64,000 nucleotides of DNA from contig JASGHJ010000002.1 of NCBI GenBank assembly GCA_047602405.1, positions 2,464,001-2,528,000 on the forward strand, in the 5' to 3' direction. The notes beneath the pieces were generated by a model. The model was not told the origin of the DNA. It made no database searches and saw only the letters and a program-made list of their open reading frames with translations. This document shows positions 50,029 through 60,935 of this stretch, one piece after another. Numbering within the stretch: the first letter of the stretch is position 1; each line of letters begins with the position of its first letter. Both the position numbers and the translations under genes were made by a program. The stretch is from Anaeromyxobacteraceae bacterium (lineage in GTDB: Bacteria; Myxococcota; Myxococcia; Myxococcales; Anaeromyxobacteraceae).

Positions 50029-50805
50029 CTACCGTGCGAGCACCACGCGCACCTCGTGACCCCTCGCGCCACCCAGGGCGGTCGCGGCGCTCCCCTCCCG
50101 CTCGGCGACCTCCACGCGCCCGCCGCTCCCCAGGTAGGCCACGAGCTCACCCCGCTCGGCCTCACCGAAGGTGCGGACCCAGCGGACCGGCCGGCCGTCG
50201 AGGGCCGCCTGGACCACCTCCTGCCCGCCGAGGTCCGCCGCGGTGACCGAGGTGAGGAGGTTCCCGAAGGAATCCGCGGCCAGGGTGATCCCGGCGAGCT
50301 CGCGGCCGCGCCGCCGCGCGACAGGCCACTCGAGCCGCACCGGGTCGGCCATCGCGGGGCCGAGCGCCGAGGGATTGGTGCCGGAGGCCAGGAGGGCGGC
50401 GGCCGGGGCGAAGAGGTCCCGGCCGTGGAACGTCGCCGAGGCGGGGGACGGCACCGCCTCACCCGGGACGATTTGGCGCACCCGGGCGCCCGGACCCAGG
50501 AACGGGGTGAAGAGGCCGTTGTCCGGGCCGACGAGCCGGCGGCCCTCCGGGTCGACGACGGCGAGGGCCCGGCGGGCCGTGCCCACGCCGGGGTCGACGA
50601 CCGCGAGGTGGACCGCCTGGGGCGGGAACCACCGCACGCAGGCCTCGAGCTGGAGCGCCCCCGCGAGCACGTCGTACGCCGGGACCTCGTGCGAGAGGTC
50701 GACGAGGCGCACGTCGGGCACGAGGCGCAGGAGCACGCCCTTCACCTGGGCCGGGTAGCCGGACCCCGCCCCGAAGTCGGTGAGGAGCGTGACGATCGGG
50801 CTCAT
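50029..50805 (-). CDS. SAM hydroxide adenosyltransferase / chlorinase-fluorinase family (DUF62)
   Basis: TLLTDFG, VVDPGVGT.RR, GPDNG, STFHGRD-like SATFHGRDLFAP, D.FGN. Confidence 0.9.
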   Translation of the reverse strand: MSPIVTLLTDFGAGSGYPAQVKGVLLRLVPDVRLVDLSHEVPAYDVLAGALQLEACVRWFPPQAVHLAVVDPGVGTARRALAVVDPEGRRLVGPDNGLFTPFLGPGARVRQIVPGEAVPSPASATFHGRDLFAPAAALLASGTNPSALGPAMADPVRLEWPVARRRGRELAGITLAADSFGNLLTSVTAADLGGQEVVQAALDGRPVRWVRTFGEAERGELVAYLGSGGRVEVAEREGSAATALGGARGHEVRVVLAR

Positions 50806-50825
50806 GCCCCGGGCCTGCGGTGCGC

Positions 50826-51482
50826 CTAGACGGCCATCGCCTTCACGCCGGGATCGACGATCAGCTTCGGCTCGGTGAGCTTCTGGACCGACTCGACCGT
50901 CTCGCCGGGCGCGAGCTCGCGCAGGACGAGGCCGTCCTTCGTGACGTCGATCCAGGCGCGGTCGGTGCAGATCGCCGAGACGCAGCGCCGCCCGGTGATG
51001 GGGAGCGTGCACTCCTTCAGGATCTTCGGCTTCCCGTCCTTCGTGGCGTGCTCCATCGTCACGACGACGCGCTTCGCGCCGACGACGAGGTCCATGCCGC
51101 CGCCCATGCCCTTCACCATCTTGCCGGGCACGAGCCAGTTCGCGAGGTCGCCGCGCTCGGAGACCTCGAGCGCGCCGAGGATGGCGAGGTCGATGTGGCC
51201 GCCGCGGATCATCGCGAAGGAGTCGGCCGAAGAGAAGAAGGCCGCGCCGGGGAGGACCGTGACGGTCTCCTTGCCGGCGTTGATGAGGTCGGCGTCCTCC
51301 TCGCCCTCGACCGGGTACGGGCCGACGCCGAGGATGCCGTTCTCCGACTGGAGGACGACCTCGATGCCCGCCGGCACGTAGTTCGAGACGAGGGTCGGCA
51401 TGCCGATGCCGAGGTTCACGTAGAAGCCGTCCCGGAGCTCCCGGGCGACGCGCTGGGCGATCTGCTCTCGCTGGAGGGGCAT
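50826..51482 (-). CDS. scoB: 3-oxoacid CoA-transferase subunit B
   Basis: [27 protein letters not shown]. Confidence 0.92.
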   Translation of the reverse strand: MPLQREQIAQRVARELRDGFYVNLGIGMPTLVSNYVPAGIEVVLQSENGILGVGPYPVEGEEDADLINAGKETVTVLPGAAFFSSADSFAMIRGGHIDLAILGALEVSERGDLANWLVPGKMVKGMGGGMDLVVGAKRVVVTMEHATKDGKPKILKECTLPITGRRCVSAICTDRAWIDVTKDGLVLRELAPGETVESVQKLTEPKLIVDPGVKAMAV

Positions 51483-51494
51483 GGTGGAGGTTCC

Positions 51495-52193
51495 TCAGGC
51501 GCGCGGCCGCACCGTGCGGCGCTCGATCCACTTCTGGTACCCGGTGCCCTTCACGAGCCGCTTCACGTAGATGCCCGGCGCGTGGACCTGGTCGGGGTCG
51601 AGCCCACCGACCGGGACGAGCTCCTGGGCCTCGACGATGGTCACCTTCGCCGCCGCGCACATCATCGGCGCGAACTGGCGGGTGGTCTTGCGCCACTGGA
51701 GGTTGCCCCAGGGGTCAGCGCGGTGGGCGTACACGAGCGCGAAGTCGGCCTTGAGCGGCAGCTCGAGGAGGTACTCCCGGCCCGCGATGACGCGGGTCTC
51801 CTTGCCCTCGGCCACCTTCGTGCCGACGCCGGTCGCGGTGTAGAAGCCGCCGATGCCGGCCCCGCCGGCGCGGATGCGCTCGGCGAGCGTGCCCTGCGGC
51901 ACGAGGTCGACCTCGAGCTCGCCGGAGAGGTACTGCCGCTCGAACTCCTTGTTCTCGCCGACGTAGCTCGCGACGATCTTGCGGATCTGCTTCGCCTTCA
52001 GGAGGACCCCCAGGCCGAGATTGGTCGTGCCGCAGTTGTTCGAGATGAGCGTGAGGTCCTTCACGCCCTTGCGGTGCAGCGCCTGGATGAGGTTCTCCGG
52101 GTTCCCGCACAGGCCGAACCCGCCCACCATGATGGTCGCGCCGTCGGGGATGTCCGCGACGGCCGCATCGGCCGACTCGACGAGCTTGTTCAC
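51495..52193 (-). CDS. scoA: 3-oxoacid CoA-transferase subunit A
   Basis: [31 protein letters not shown]. Confidence 0.92.
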   Translation of the reverse strand: MNKLVESADAAVADIPDGATIMVGGFGLCGNPENLIQALHRKGVKDLTLISNNCGTTNLGLGVLLKAKQIRKIVASYVGENKEFERQYLSGELEVDLVPQGTLAERIRAGGAGIGGFYTATGVGTKVAEGKETRVIAGREYLLELPLKADFALVYAHRADPWGNLQWRKTTRQFAPMMCAAAKVTIVEAQELVPVGGLDPDQVHAPGIYVKRLVKGTGYQKWIERRTVRPRA

Positions 52194-52235
52194 GAGGCCT
52201 CCTCTTCCCTGATGCCTTGAGGGTCCGGGCTGCGG

Positions 52236-53417
52236 CTACCGCTCCACCACGAGCGCGACGGCCTCGCCGCCCCCGATGCAGAGCGAGGCGAGCCCGCGCC
52301 GGGCGTTCTGGTCCTTCATCGCGTGGAGGAGCGTCACGAGGATGCGCGCGCCGGAGGCGCCGATGGGGTGGCCGAGCGCCACCGCGCCGCCCCGCACGTT
52401 CACCTTCTTCGGGTCGAGCCCGAGGAGCTGGTTGTTCGCGATCGACACCACCGCGAACGCCTCGTTGATCTCCCAGAGGTCGACGTCCTTCACCTCGAGC
52501 CTCGCCTTCGCGAGCGTCTTCTTGATGGCGTCGGCCGGGGCGATGGTGAACTCGACCGGCGCGCGCGCGGCGCCGCCGTACGCGATGATGCGCCCGAGAA
52601 CGGTGCGCCCCTCGGCCTTCGCCCGCTCGGCGGTCATGAGCACCACCGCGGCCGCGCCGTCGTTAATGGAGGAGGCGTTCGCGGCGGTGACGGTGCCGTC
52701 CTTCTTGAAGACCGGCTTCAGACCCGGGATCTTCTCGGGCTTCGCGCCCTTCGGGCCGTCGTCCTCGGAGACGACGTTCTTCTCGCCCTTGCGCCCCTCG
52801 ATCTCCACCGGGACGATCTCCGCCTTGAAGGCGCCGGACCTCCACGCCTCGATGGAGCGGCGGGTGGACTCCACCGCGTACTCGTCCTGCGCCGAGCGCG
52901 GGATGCCCTGGGTCGTCGCGCAGTGCTCGGCGCAGACGCCCATGTGCTGCTGGTTGTACACGTCCCACAGGCCGTCGTGGATCATGCCGTCGACGAGCTC
53001 GACGTTGCCCATCCGAGCGCCGGTGCGGGCGATGCGGTCGTAGTACGGCACGTTCGACATGGACTCCATGCCGCCCGCGACCGCGACCTCGGCGTCGCCG
53101 AGCGCGATGGCCTGCGCGGCGGAGATGACGGCCTTCAGGCCCGAGCCGCAGACCTTGTTGAGCGTCCAGGCGGGCGTCGTCTCCGGGATGCCGGCGTGGA
53201 TGGAGGCCTGGCGGGCGGGGGCCTGGCCGACGCCCGCCTGCAGGACGTTCCCCATGACCACCTCGTCGACGGCCGACGGGGCGACCCCGGCGCGCTCGAG
53301 CGCGGCCCGGATGGCGATGGCCCCGAGCCTGGGCGCGGTGAGCGCCGCGAGGGAGCCGAGGAAGCTGCCGATGGGCGTACGGGCTGCCCCCACGATGACG
53401 ACGTCGCGTCCGGTCAT
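52236..53417 (-). CDS. Acetyl-CoA C-acetyltransferase (thiolase)
   Basis: NKVCGSG, NEAFA, GHPIGASG, CIGGG. Confidence 0.95.
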   Translation of the reverse strand: MTGRDVVIVGAARTPIGSFLGSLAALTAPRLGAIAIRAALERAGVAPSAVDEVVMGNVLQAGVGQAPARQASIHAGIPETTPAWTLNKVCGSGLKAVISAAQAIALGDAEVAVAGGMESMSNVPYYDRIARTGARMGNVELVDGMIHDGLWDVYNQQHMGVCAEHCATTQGIPRSAQDEYAVESTRRSIEAWRSGAFKAEIVPVEIEGRKGEKNVVSEDDGPKGAKPEKIPGLKPVFKKDGTVTAANASSINDGAAAVVLMTAERAKAEGRTVLGRIIAYGGAARAPVEFTIAPADAIKKTLAKARLEVKDVDLWEINEAFAVVSIANNQLLGLDPKKVNVRGGAVALGHPIGASGARILVTLLHAMKDQNARRGLASLCIGGGEAVALVVER

Positions 53418-53559
53418 GGCCTACTCCTCGAGATGAGATCGGTGGTCCGGGAGGTCCCGGCGCGGCGGAACATAGGGAAGGTCGTCCGCGCGCGTCAACC
53501 CGTCGTGCGGGGTGCGGGGGGTTGCGACAGCTGGCCCGGCCGCCTAGCCTCGGTTCCCC

Positions 53560-54483
53560 GTGAAGTCCATCCCTTGCATCGCCGTCCACGGCGGCGCCGG
53601 GAACCTCGGCCCCGACGATCCGGCCTCCTCCGGGGCCGTCGACGCACCGCGGCTCGAGGGCGCCCGGCGCGCCTGCGCCGCAGGCTGGGCGGTCCTCGCC
53701 CGCGGCGGCCGCGCGCTCGACGCCGTCGAGGCGGCCGTCCGGGCGCTCGAGGACGACCCGACCTTCAACGCCGGCCGGGGCGCCGTGCTGGGCGCGGACG
53801 GCGCGGCCGAGCTCGATGCGTCCATCATGGACGGGGCCACCCTCGCCTGCGGCGCCGTCGCGCTCGTGCGCGACGTCGCGAACCCGGTGTCGCTCGCCCG
53901 GGCGGTGATGGAGCGCTCGCCGCACGCGTTCCTCGCCGGGCCGGGCGCCTCGAGCTTCGCCCGCGAGGCCGGGATCCCGGCGGTCGAGAACGCGGCGCTC
54001 GTGACCGAGGCGCAGCGCGCGCGGTGGGAGCGGGCCCGGGCGCGCGCGGCCGGGGCCGAGCACCGCGGCGGCACCGTCGGCGCGGTCGCACGCGACGCCG
54101 CCGGACACCTCGCCGCCGCGACGTCCACGGGCGGGATGCTCATGAAGCGCGCCGGGCGGATCGGCGACACGCCCATCGTCGGCGCCGGCACCTACGCCGA
54201 CGACCGGCTCGCCGCGGTCTCCTGCACGGGCTGGGGAGAGCGGGTCATCCGGCTCGCGCTCGCGCGGCACGCGGCGGACCTCGCCGCCGCGCCCGGCGCG
54301 ACCGGCCAGGGTGCGGCGGCCCGCGCGATCGCGGAGTACGTCGAGCGCACCGGCGGCGACGGCGGGCTGATCCTGATGCCACCCGCGGGCGAGCCGGGCT
54401 TCGCGCACGACACCGAGCTCATGACGCACGCGTGGACCGCGCCGGACGGCACGATCCACGCGAGGTTGCGGGTCGATCCCTGA
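53560..54483 (+). CDS. Isoaspartyl peptidase / L-asparaginase (Ntn hydrolase)
   Basis: HGGAG, FNAG.G, GTVGAVA, TSTGG, GRIGDTP, CTG.GE. Confidence 0.92.
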   Translation: MKSIPCIAVHGGAGNLGPDDPASSGAVDAPRLEGARRACAAGWAVLARGGRALDAVEAAVRALEDDPTFNAGRGAVLGADGAAELDASIMDGATLACGAVALVRDVANPVSLARAVMERSPHAFLAGPGASSFAREAGIPAVENAALVTEAQRARWERARARAAGAEHRGGTVGAVARDAAGHLAAATSTGGMLMKRAGRIGDTPIVGAGTYADDRLAAVSCTGWGERVIRLALARHAADLAAAPGATGQGAAARAIAEYVERTGGDGGLILMPPAGEPGFAHDTELMTHAWTAPDGTIHARLRVDP

Positions 54484-54579
54484 GCCGTGCGCCGGCGCCC
54501 CGGGCGTTGCCGCGGAGGCCGTGTGCCCCGGGCGTGGCCGCGAAGCGGCGGAGACGGGGGCGCGGTCGAGGCGCGGCGA

Positions 54580-55302
54580 CTACCGCCGGCGGACCTCGCC
54601 CGAGCCGCTCGTGCGGGCGTCCACGTTCTTCGCGTCGCCGAGGTAGACGACGTCACCCGACCCGCTCGTGCGGGCCTTGAGCGCGCCGCCGGTCATGCGG
54701 ATCTCGACGTCGCCCGAGCCGGAGGTCGCGACGGCCACGTCCCCGGCGATGGTGAGCTCGGCGCCCTTCACGTCGCCGGAGCCGGAGGTGTGGGCGTCGA
54801 GGCTGTCGGCCTTGCCCGCGAGCACGGCGTCGCCGGAGCCGGAGGTGGACACCTCGAGGTGCTTCGCGGTCCCCTTCCAGCGGAGATCGCCGGAGCCCGA
54901 GGTCTTGAGCGAGAGGTCGCCGCCCGAGCTGCCCTCGATGGTGGCGTCGCCCGAGCCGGAGGTCGCGGCGCCCTTGAGCACCGGCAGCGTGATGGTGACG
55001 TAGGCGTCGCCGCGGTAGCTCATGTTGCCCTCCTGCTCGATGACGAGCGTGGAGCCGCGGACCTCGAGCTTCACCTGCGGCTGGAGGTTCTCGTCGATGG
55101 TGACGGAGATCGAGGGCGCGGGCCCGACGGTGATGCGGGCGTCGATCGAGCCGGAGGTCTGCACGGCGTCGAACGCGCCGGGGACCGCCCGCTGCTGGGT
55201 GACCTTCTTGCCGTCGCCCTGCGTGCCGGGGCCCCAGCTCCAGGCCTGGGCGCTCGTGGCGGCGAGGGTGAAGAGAGCGAACGCGATCGCGAAGCGGCGC
55301 AT
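54580..55302 (-). CDS. DUF2807 / head GIN domain protein (beta-helix adhesin-like)
   Basis: Signal peptide; repeated TSGSGD motif. Confidence 0.85.
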   Translation of the reverse strand: MRRFAIAFALFTLAATSAQAWSWGPGTQGDGKKVTQQRAVPGAFDAVQTSGSIDARITVGPAPSISVTIDENLQPQVKLEVRGSTLVIEQEGNMSYRGDAYVTITLPVLKGAATSGSGDATIEGSSGGDLSLKTSGSGDLRWKGTAKHLEVSTSGSGDAVLAGKADSLDAHTSGSGDVKGAELTIAGDVAVATSGSGDVEIRMTGGALKARTSGSGDVVYLGDAKNVDARTSGSGEVRRR

Positions 55303-55535
55303 GCGGGGTCCTCCAGGGCGGACCGGCCGGGAGGAAGCTGCGCGGCGGGGGCAGCCACGGGCCTATCCCGCGACCACCCCCGCCAGGACCTCTCTCCCGG
55401 AGGCTGAAGGGACCTACGGGAGCGGGCCCCGGCTATTTCAGCGGGCGCGGCTTCACGGCCCACGCGGGGCGTGCGCGCCGGCGGTCTGGCGAACGCGCCG
55501 TGCGGTCGAGCCCCTGCTCCGGCCCGGCGCCGCGC

Positions 55536-56321
55536 CTACTTCTGCGGAGCCGAGCCCGTGAGCTGCGGGAGCTTGCCCGCGAGGTCCATGAACGGCTTCA
55601 CGAGATCGATCGGCAGCGGGAAGATGATCGTGGAGTTCTTCTCCGCGGAGATCTCGACGAGCGTCTGCAGGTAGCGCAGCTGCAGGGCGCCGGGCGAGCG
55701 GGCGATGACGTCCGCCGCCGCGCCGAGCTTCTCCGAGGCCTGGAGCTCGCCCTCGGCCGCGATGATCTTCGAACGGCGCTCGCGCTCCGCCTCGGCCTGC
55801 TTCGCCATCGCGCGGCGCATCTCGTCGGGGAGGTCGACCTGCTTCACCTCCACCGCGGTCACCTTCACGCCCCACGGCTCGGTGTGGCGGTCGATGATCT
55901 CCTGGAGCTGGCGGTTGATCTTGTCGCGCTGGGAGAGGAGGTCGTCGAGCTCCACCTGGCCGAGCACGCTGCGGAGCGTGGTCTGGGCGAACTGGCTCGT
56001 CGCGAAGAGGAAGTCGGTCACCTGCAGGAACGCCCGGTCCGCCTGGAGCACGCGGAAGTAGATGACCGCGTTCACCTTCACGGAGACGTTGTCGCGGGTG
56101 ATCACGTCCTGCGGCGGGACCTGCTCCGCGGTGACGCGCATGTCGATGACGATGAGCCGGTCGACGAACGGGACGATGAGGTTGAGCCCCGCGGTGCGGA
56201 CGCCCGCGAACCGCCCGAGCCGGAGCACGACGCCCTGCTCGTACTCGTTCACGATCCGGACGCCGGAGAGGATGAGGAGGACGAGGAGGACGACGGGGAC
56301 GAGGATGCCGATCGAGAGCAT
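55536..56321 (-). CDS. SPFH/stomatin (slipin) family protein
   Basis: [39 protein letters not shown]. Confidence 0.93.
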   Translation of the reverse strand: MLSIGILVPVVLLVLLILSGVRIVNEYEQGVVLRLGRFAGVRTAGLNLIVPFVDRLIVIDMRVTAEQVPPQDVITRDNVSVKVNAVIYFRVLQADRAFLQVTDFLFATSQFAQTTLRSVLGQVELDDLLSQRDKINRQLQEIIDRHTEPWGVKVTAVEVKQVDLPDEMRRAMAKQAEAERERRSKIIAAEGELQASEKLGAAADVIARSPGALQLRYLQTLVEISAEKNSTIIFPLPIDLVKPFMDLAGKLPQLTGSAPQK

Positions 56322-56369
56322 GTCGGGTGCCTCCAGTGGACCTGCCTTCTGCCTTCGAGTCCGACCGTT

Positions 56370-57752
56370 CTACCCGCTGGGCCGCTCTTCGGCCACCACG
56401 TTCACGACGAGGCCGTCGACCGACTCGACGCGCACGCGGGTCCCCTTCGGGAGCGGCGCCGCGCTGCGGGCCCGCCAGTACTCGCCGTGCAGGAAGACCT
56501 CGCCCCCGCCCGGGCCGACCTCCGAGAGCGCCTCGGCGGACGCGCCGACGAGCGCCGGGGCGCCGAGCGCGAGCGGCTGGCGCCGGACCGCCGCGACCTT
56601 CCAGCCCAGGAAGAGCAGCACGGCCGCCATCGCGATGGGCGTCGGCCAGACCACCCAGGGCGAGACCTCGAGCGCGCCGGGATCGAAGTGGTAGTCGGGC
56701 GAGGCCTTGTCGATGAAGAACAGCATGCCGAGGACGACGCAGACCGCGCCGCCCAGGCCGGCGATGCCGTGCGTCGTGAGGTAGGCCTCGGCGACGAGCA
56801 GGCCGACGCCGATGATCACGAGGAGCACGGCGCCCACGTTCACCGGGATGAGCCGCGAGCCGAGGAACGCGAGGAAGAGCGCGAGGGCGCCCGCGGCGCC
56901 CGGGAAGATGAGGCCCGGGTGGTAGAACTCGATCGCGATCCCGAGCGTGCCGATCATCATCAGGAGGCCGACGACGTTCGGGTCGGCGAGGAACGAGAGC
57001 AGGCGCTGGCGGATGGTCTGCTCGAAGGGGATGACGAGCGCGCCCTTCAGGGCGAGGGTGCGCTTCCCGGTGCCGGAGGCGCGGAGGGTGCGGCCGTCGG
57101 CCTTCGCGAGCGCGTCGTCGAGGCTGTCGGCGACGAGGTCGACGACCTTGAGCTTCAGGGCCTCGGTGGAGGTCACCGACACGCTCTCGCGGACCGCCTT
57201 CTCGGCCCAGTCCTGCGAGCGCCCGCGGGCCTCGGCGATGGAGCGGGCGAAGGCGGCGGTGTCGTTCTCGACCTTCTTCGCCATGTCCTTCCCGGCCGAC
57301 TGCTCGATGTCCTGCCCGCCGCCGAGCACCGGGTGGGCCGCGCCGATGTTGGAGGTCGGGTGCATCGCCGCGACGTCGGCGGCCAGGGTGAGGAACACGC
57401 CCGCCGAGCCGGCCCGCGCGCCCGCGGGGCCGACCCAGACCAGGACCGGCACCGGGCTCTCGAGCATCGCCTGCACGATCTCGCGGGTCGCGTCGAGCGC
57501 GCCGCCCGGGGTGTCGAGCGAGATGGCGACCGCCGCGAACCGCTCGTTCCTCGCCTTCTCGAACGCCGCCTTCAGGAACTCGGCCGTGCCGCCGGTGATC
57601 GCGTCGTGGACGGTGACCGAGAGGACCCGGGGCGGCCCGTCGGGAGCGGGCGCCGGATCGCCGGCGAGGGCGCCGAGGGCGAGCGCGACGGCCGGGAGGG
57701 CCGCGAGCAGGCGGCCGGCGCGCCTCGGGTACGCGAGCGTGAGCGTGCTCAT
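56370..57752 (-). CDS. NfeD family membrane-bound serine protease (long form)
   Basis: LDTPGG, AGSAG, IGAAHPV, C-terminal OB fold GEYWRARS; adjacent to SPFH gene. Confidence 0.9.
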   Translation of the reverse strand: MSTLTLAYPRRAGRLLAALPAVALALGALAGDPAPAPDGPPRVLSVTVHDAITGGTAEFLKAAFEKARNERFAAVAISLDTPGGALDATREIVQAMLESPVPVLVWVGPAGARAGSAGVFLTLAADVAAMHPTSNIGAAHPVLGGGQDIEQSAGKDMAKKVENDTAAFARSIAEARGRSQDWAEKAVRESVSVTSTEALKLKVVDLVADSLDDALAKADGRTLRASGTGKRTLALKGALVIPFEQTIRQRLLSFLADPNVVGLLMMIGTLGIAIEFYHPGLIFPGAAGALALFLAFLGSRLIPVNVGAVLLVIIGVGLLVAEAYLTTHGIAGLGGAVCVVLGMLFFIDKASPDYHFDPGALEVSPWVVWPTPIAMAAVLLFLGWKVAAVRRQPLALGAPALVGASAEALSEVGPGGGEVFLHGEYWRARSAAPLPKGTRVRVESVDGLVVNVVAEERPSG

Positions 57753-58627
57753 TCGGGCCTCCGCGGGGACTTGCCGAGCTCCCTCATGACGAGCTGCAGA
57801 TCTTCCCAGGCCTTCTTCTTCTCCTCCGGGCTGCGCAGGAGGTAGGCGGGGTGGAAGGTCGGCATGAGCTTCACGCCCTCGTAGCTCGACCAGCGGCCGC
57901 GGAGCTTCGTGATGGGCGTCGTGTCGCGCAGGAGCGTCTGCGCCGCGAACTTGCCGAGCGCGACGATGATCTTCGGGCGGATGGCGTCGATCTGCGCGCG
58001 CAGGTAGCGCTCGCAGGCCTCGATCTCGTCCGGCTCCGGGTTGCGGTTGCCGGGCGGGCGGCACTTCACGACGTTCGCGATGTAGACGTCGCCGCGCGCG
58101 TAGCCCATCGCCTCGATCATCTTCGTGAGGAGCTGGCCGGCCTTGCCGACGAACGGCTCGCCCTGCGCGTCCTCGTCGGCGCCGGGGCCCTCGCCCACGA
58201 ACATGAGCTCGGCCTGCGGGTTACCGGTGCCGAAGACGAGCTTCGTGCGCGTCGCGCCGAGCTTGCAGCGCTGGCACTCGCCGAGGCCGGCGCGGAGCTC
58301 GAGCAGCGCGGGGCTGCCGCAGCCCTTGTCGGTGAGCGCGGAGGCGCCGGCGGCCGCGGGGGTCGTCGCAGCCGGGTGGGTCGCCCCGGGGACAGCCCGC
58401 GTTGGAGGCGGACGGACCGGGTCGGTGCGCGGCGCTCCGACCGGCTGCGCGGAGGTGGGCGAAGGCTCGGCGGGCGGCGGCGCGGGCGGGGGCGGCGCAG
58501 GTACCTGGACGGACGAGGGGTCCGGGATCTCCGCCACACCCGCGGACGCCAGCCAGCCGAGGTGGCGCGCGGCCTCCGCGGCCACGGCCGCGAGCTCGGG
58601 CGTGAGGCGCTGTGTCCCCTTGCTCAC
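57749..58627 (-). CDS. Uracil-DNA glycosylase family 4 (Fe-S)
   Basis: CQRCKL, GEGPG, PFVG.AG, KCRPP.NR, HPAYLLR; Pro-rich N-terminal extension. Confidence 0.92.
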   Translation of the reverse strand: MSKGTQRLTPELAAVAAEAARHLGWLASAGVAEIPDPSSVQVPAPPPPAPPPAEPSPTSAQPVGAPRTDPVRPPPTRAVPGATHPAATTPAAAGASALTDKGCGSPALLELRAGLGECQRCKLGATRTKLVFGTGNPQAELMFVGEGPGADEDAQGEPFVGKAGQLLTKMIEAMGYARGDVYIANVVKCRPPGNRNPEPDEIEACERYLRAQIDAIRPKIIVALGKFAAQTLLRDTTPITKLRGRWSSYEGVKLMPTFHPAYLLRSPEEKKKAWEDLQLVMRELGKSPRRPE

Positions 58628-58711
58628 ATCCCCCCCGAGGGCAGGACAGGCCCTGCTGGCATGGAGGTTTGCAGAGGGGTGGATGCGGAAACTAGAATCC
58701 GGATGCCTCCG

Positions 58712-59653
58712 ATGACCCGACGCCTGCTCGTGACCGTGCCGCTCGCAGCCCTCGCGCTGCTCGTCCTCCTCGTGCCGACGGAGGCCCACGCGTGGGGGCC
58801 GCTCGCGCACCTCTCCTTCTCGGCGCAGACGCTCGCCAACCTCGGCGCGGCGACGCCGTCGATGCGGAGCGTGCTCCAGGACTTCGGCAACGAGTTCCTG
58901 TACGGCTCGCTCGCGGCGGACATCGTCGTCGGGAAGAACATGGCGCGGTACCTGTACCACTGTCACAACTGGAAGGTCGGCTTCAACGTGTTCCGCCAGG
59001 CGCGCCCGGGAGCGGAGCAGGCCTTCGCGCTCGGGTTCCTCGCGCACCTCTCCGCGGACACGGTCGCGCACAACTACTACGTGCCTTTCAAGACGGTGGC
59101 GTCGTTCCACAAGTCCAACACGCGCCACGCCTACTGGGAGCTCCGCTACGACCAGCGGATGGACCGCGACCTCTCGCGGCTCGCCCGGCAGGTGTCCACG
59201 CGGGCGATCCGCGGGCATGACGACTTCCTCGCGCGGACGCTGGCCGGCTCGTCGGTGATCCCGTTCGGCGTGTCGCGGCAGCTGTTCCGGGGGCTGGTCG
59301 CGAGCGCGCGGATGTCTCGGTTCCACCACGTGTCGCGCTCGGTGCTCGCGCCGGAGCGGAACCTGCCGCTCGAGCAGGACCTCGTGGACGAGACGAACGC
59401 GATGGTCGTGGAGGCGATCGCCGGGATGCTGAACGAGGGCGAGCGCTCGCCCGCCGCGCGGGCCGACGCGACCGGCGGGCGCAACATCAAGCTCGCCGGG
59501 GACCTGAGGAAGCAGCTCGCGGAGCGCCTGGCGCGCCGGCTGATCGCGCCGGGGGACGCGCACGAGATCGCCGCGGAGACCCGCGAGAGCTTCCGGCGGG
59601 CGATCCAGGGGAAGCTCGTGCTCCCGCCGTCGCTGGCGAAGCTCGCGGCGTAG
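58712..59653 (+). CDS. Zinc-dependent phospholipase C family protein
   Basis: Signal peptide then [33 protein letters not shown]. Confidence 0.8.
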   Translation: MTRRLLVTVPLAALALLVLLVPTEAHAWGPLAHLSFSAQTLANLGAATPSMRSVLQDFGNEFLYGSLAADIVVGKNMARYLYHCHNWKVGFNVFRQARPGAEQAFALGFLAHLSADTVAHNYYVPFKTVASFHKSNTRHAYWELRYDQRMDRDLSRLARQVSTRAIRGHDDFLARTLAGSSVIPFGVSRQLFRGLVASARMSRFHHVSRSVLAPERNLPLEQDLVDETNAMVVEAIAGMLNEGERSPAARADATGGRNIKLAGDLRKQLAERLARRLIAPGDAHEIAAETRESFRRAIQGKLVLPPSLAKLAA

Positions 59654-59679
59654 CGGGCTGGCGTTCGCGCCCCCTTCGG

Positions 59680-60935
59680 CCCCCTGACCTCCCCCCCAAC
59701 CCCAGAGGCTCCCCCGTTTCCAGGGTTAGGGCGGGGCCGGCAGGGGTCCCGGAGCCCGTGTAAGCGCCGGTTCTTGGCCGTCGTGCTCGCGCAGTTTCGA
59801 CGAGCCGGCTTGCGCCGCCGCTTTCGACACTGCTTCGCGGTGAAACGGAGGCAGACCACTCCGGCGCCGCCGGAGCAGTCGGTGAGTTTCGGAGGTCGGG
59901 ACGGCCCGCGCTAGACAGGCGGGGCGCAGGCGGCGCCGAGCACGGCGCCCATGGCCCAGGTGCCGGGCGGGAACACGACGTTCCACATGCCCTTGCGGAA
60001 CAGCTCGAAGGCCTTGCGGTACGCGTCCTGGAACGCCTTCAGCTGCTGCTGCGCCTCGATCCGCTTCCACCGGTCGGACGCCGCGATCTTCGGGTTGAGC
60101 TTGCTCGGCGGTTCCTTCCCGGCCGGATGCTGCCACCACCGCTGCCGGAGCACCCGCCGCAGCCCCGCGAACTTGCGCCGCTCGCCATCCTCGGTCCGCG
60201 CCGCCTGCTTCTCGAGCGCCGCGAGCGCGCCCTTCACCGACTCGCGGTACCGCGCCGCCGAGAAGCCCTTCGGCGGCACGAGCGCGAGCACGGCGCTGTC
60301 GGGCATGTTCCCGTCCTTCGAGAAGAACATCTCCGGCCGCTCGTACTCGCGCCCCGTGCCGAGCTCCTCGAGCGAGGACCAGAGCCCGGGCCAGTGGCTG
60401 CCGTGCTCGACGAGGCCGGCCGCGACCGGGTTCGCGAGCGTGTAGGCCGCCTTCGCGATGACGGAGCCCTCGTCCTCGAGCGAGACCGCGCTGTAGCTGC
60501 CGGGCGCCCAGGCCGACTCGAAGCGTTCGTGGAGGGTGTTGAGGAAGAGCGCGAGGTTCATGTTCAGCTCCTGGGCGAAGCGCGGGAGCTGAGCGAAGGG
60601 GTCGGAGAGGATCAGGTGGTAGTGGTTGGAGACGACGCACCAGGCGTGAAGCTCGATCTTGTGTCGCCGGGCGGCGACGGCGAGGAGGTAGCCGAAGGCG
60701 TTGTTGAGCCGCACGGAGGGCACGAGGAGGAAGAGGCGGTGCAGGCAACGGCGGGTGAACAGGTAGGTCTTGCCCGGAAGGATTCTGGCGGGGAGCGGTC
60801 ATGGCCTCCCCCGCATTCCACGCACCGTGCCGCTCCCAACTCCCTGGATTCCCAGGTCCCCGCCACCCGCACGCCGGCCGTTCCGCGGACCACCGTCCAA
60901 TCGGCGGACCTCTGGGGCAGGGGGGGATCAGGGGG
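59680..60935 (-). mobile_element. RAYT-like (Y1 HUH) element bounded by imperfect G/C-rich inverted repeats
   Basis: CCCCCTGACCTCCCCCCCAACCCCAGAGG (59680-59708) vs revcomp of 60909-60935, CCCCCTGATCCCCCCCTGCCCCAGAGG. Confidence 0.55.
59911..60802 (-). CDS. REP-associated tyrosine transposase-like (IS200/Y1 HUH) protein, frameshift at ~60783
   Basis: MTAPRQ|ILPGKTYLFTRRC..., HUH motif SNHYHL, Y...NPVAAGLV, W.G.WSS. Confidence 0.85.

Noticed and set aside
54590..54965. Regularly spaced repeats (CCCGAGCCGGAGGT-like) resembling a CRISPR array
   Set aside because: They are coding repeats (TSGSGD) within the DUF2807 gene; no cas genes and no identical repeats.
58655..58675. Sigma-54-like promoter TGGCATGGAGGTTTGCA upstream of the Zn-PLC gene
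   Set aside because: GG-to-GC spacing is 11 rather than the strictly required 10.
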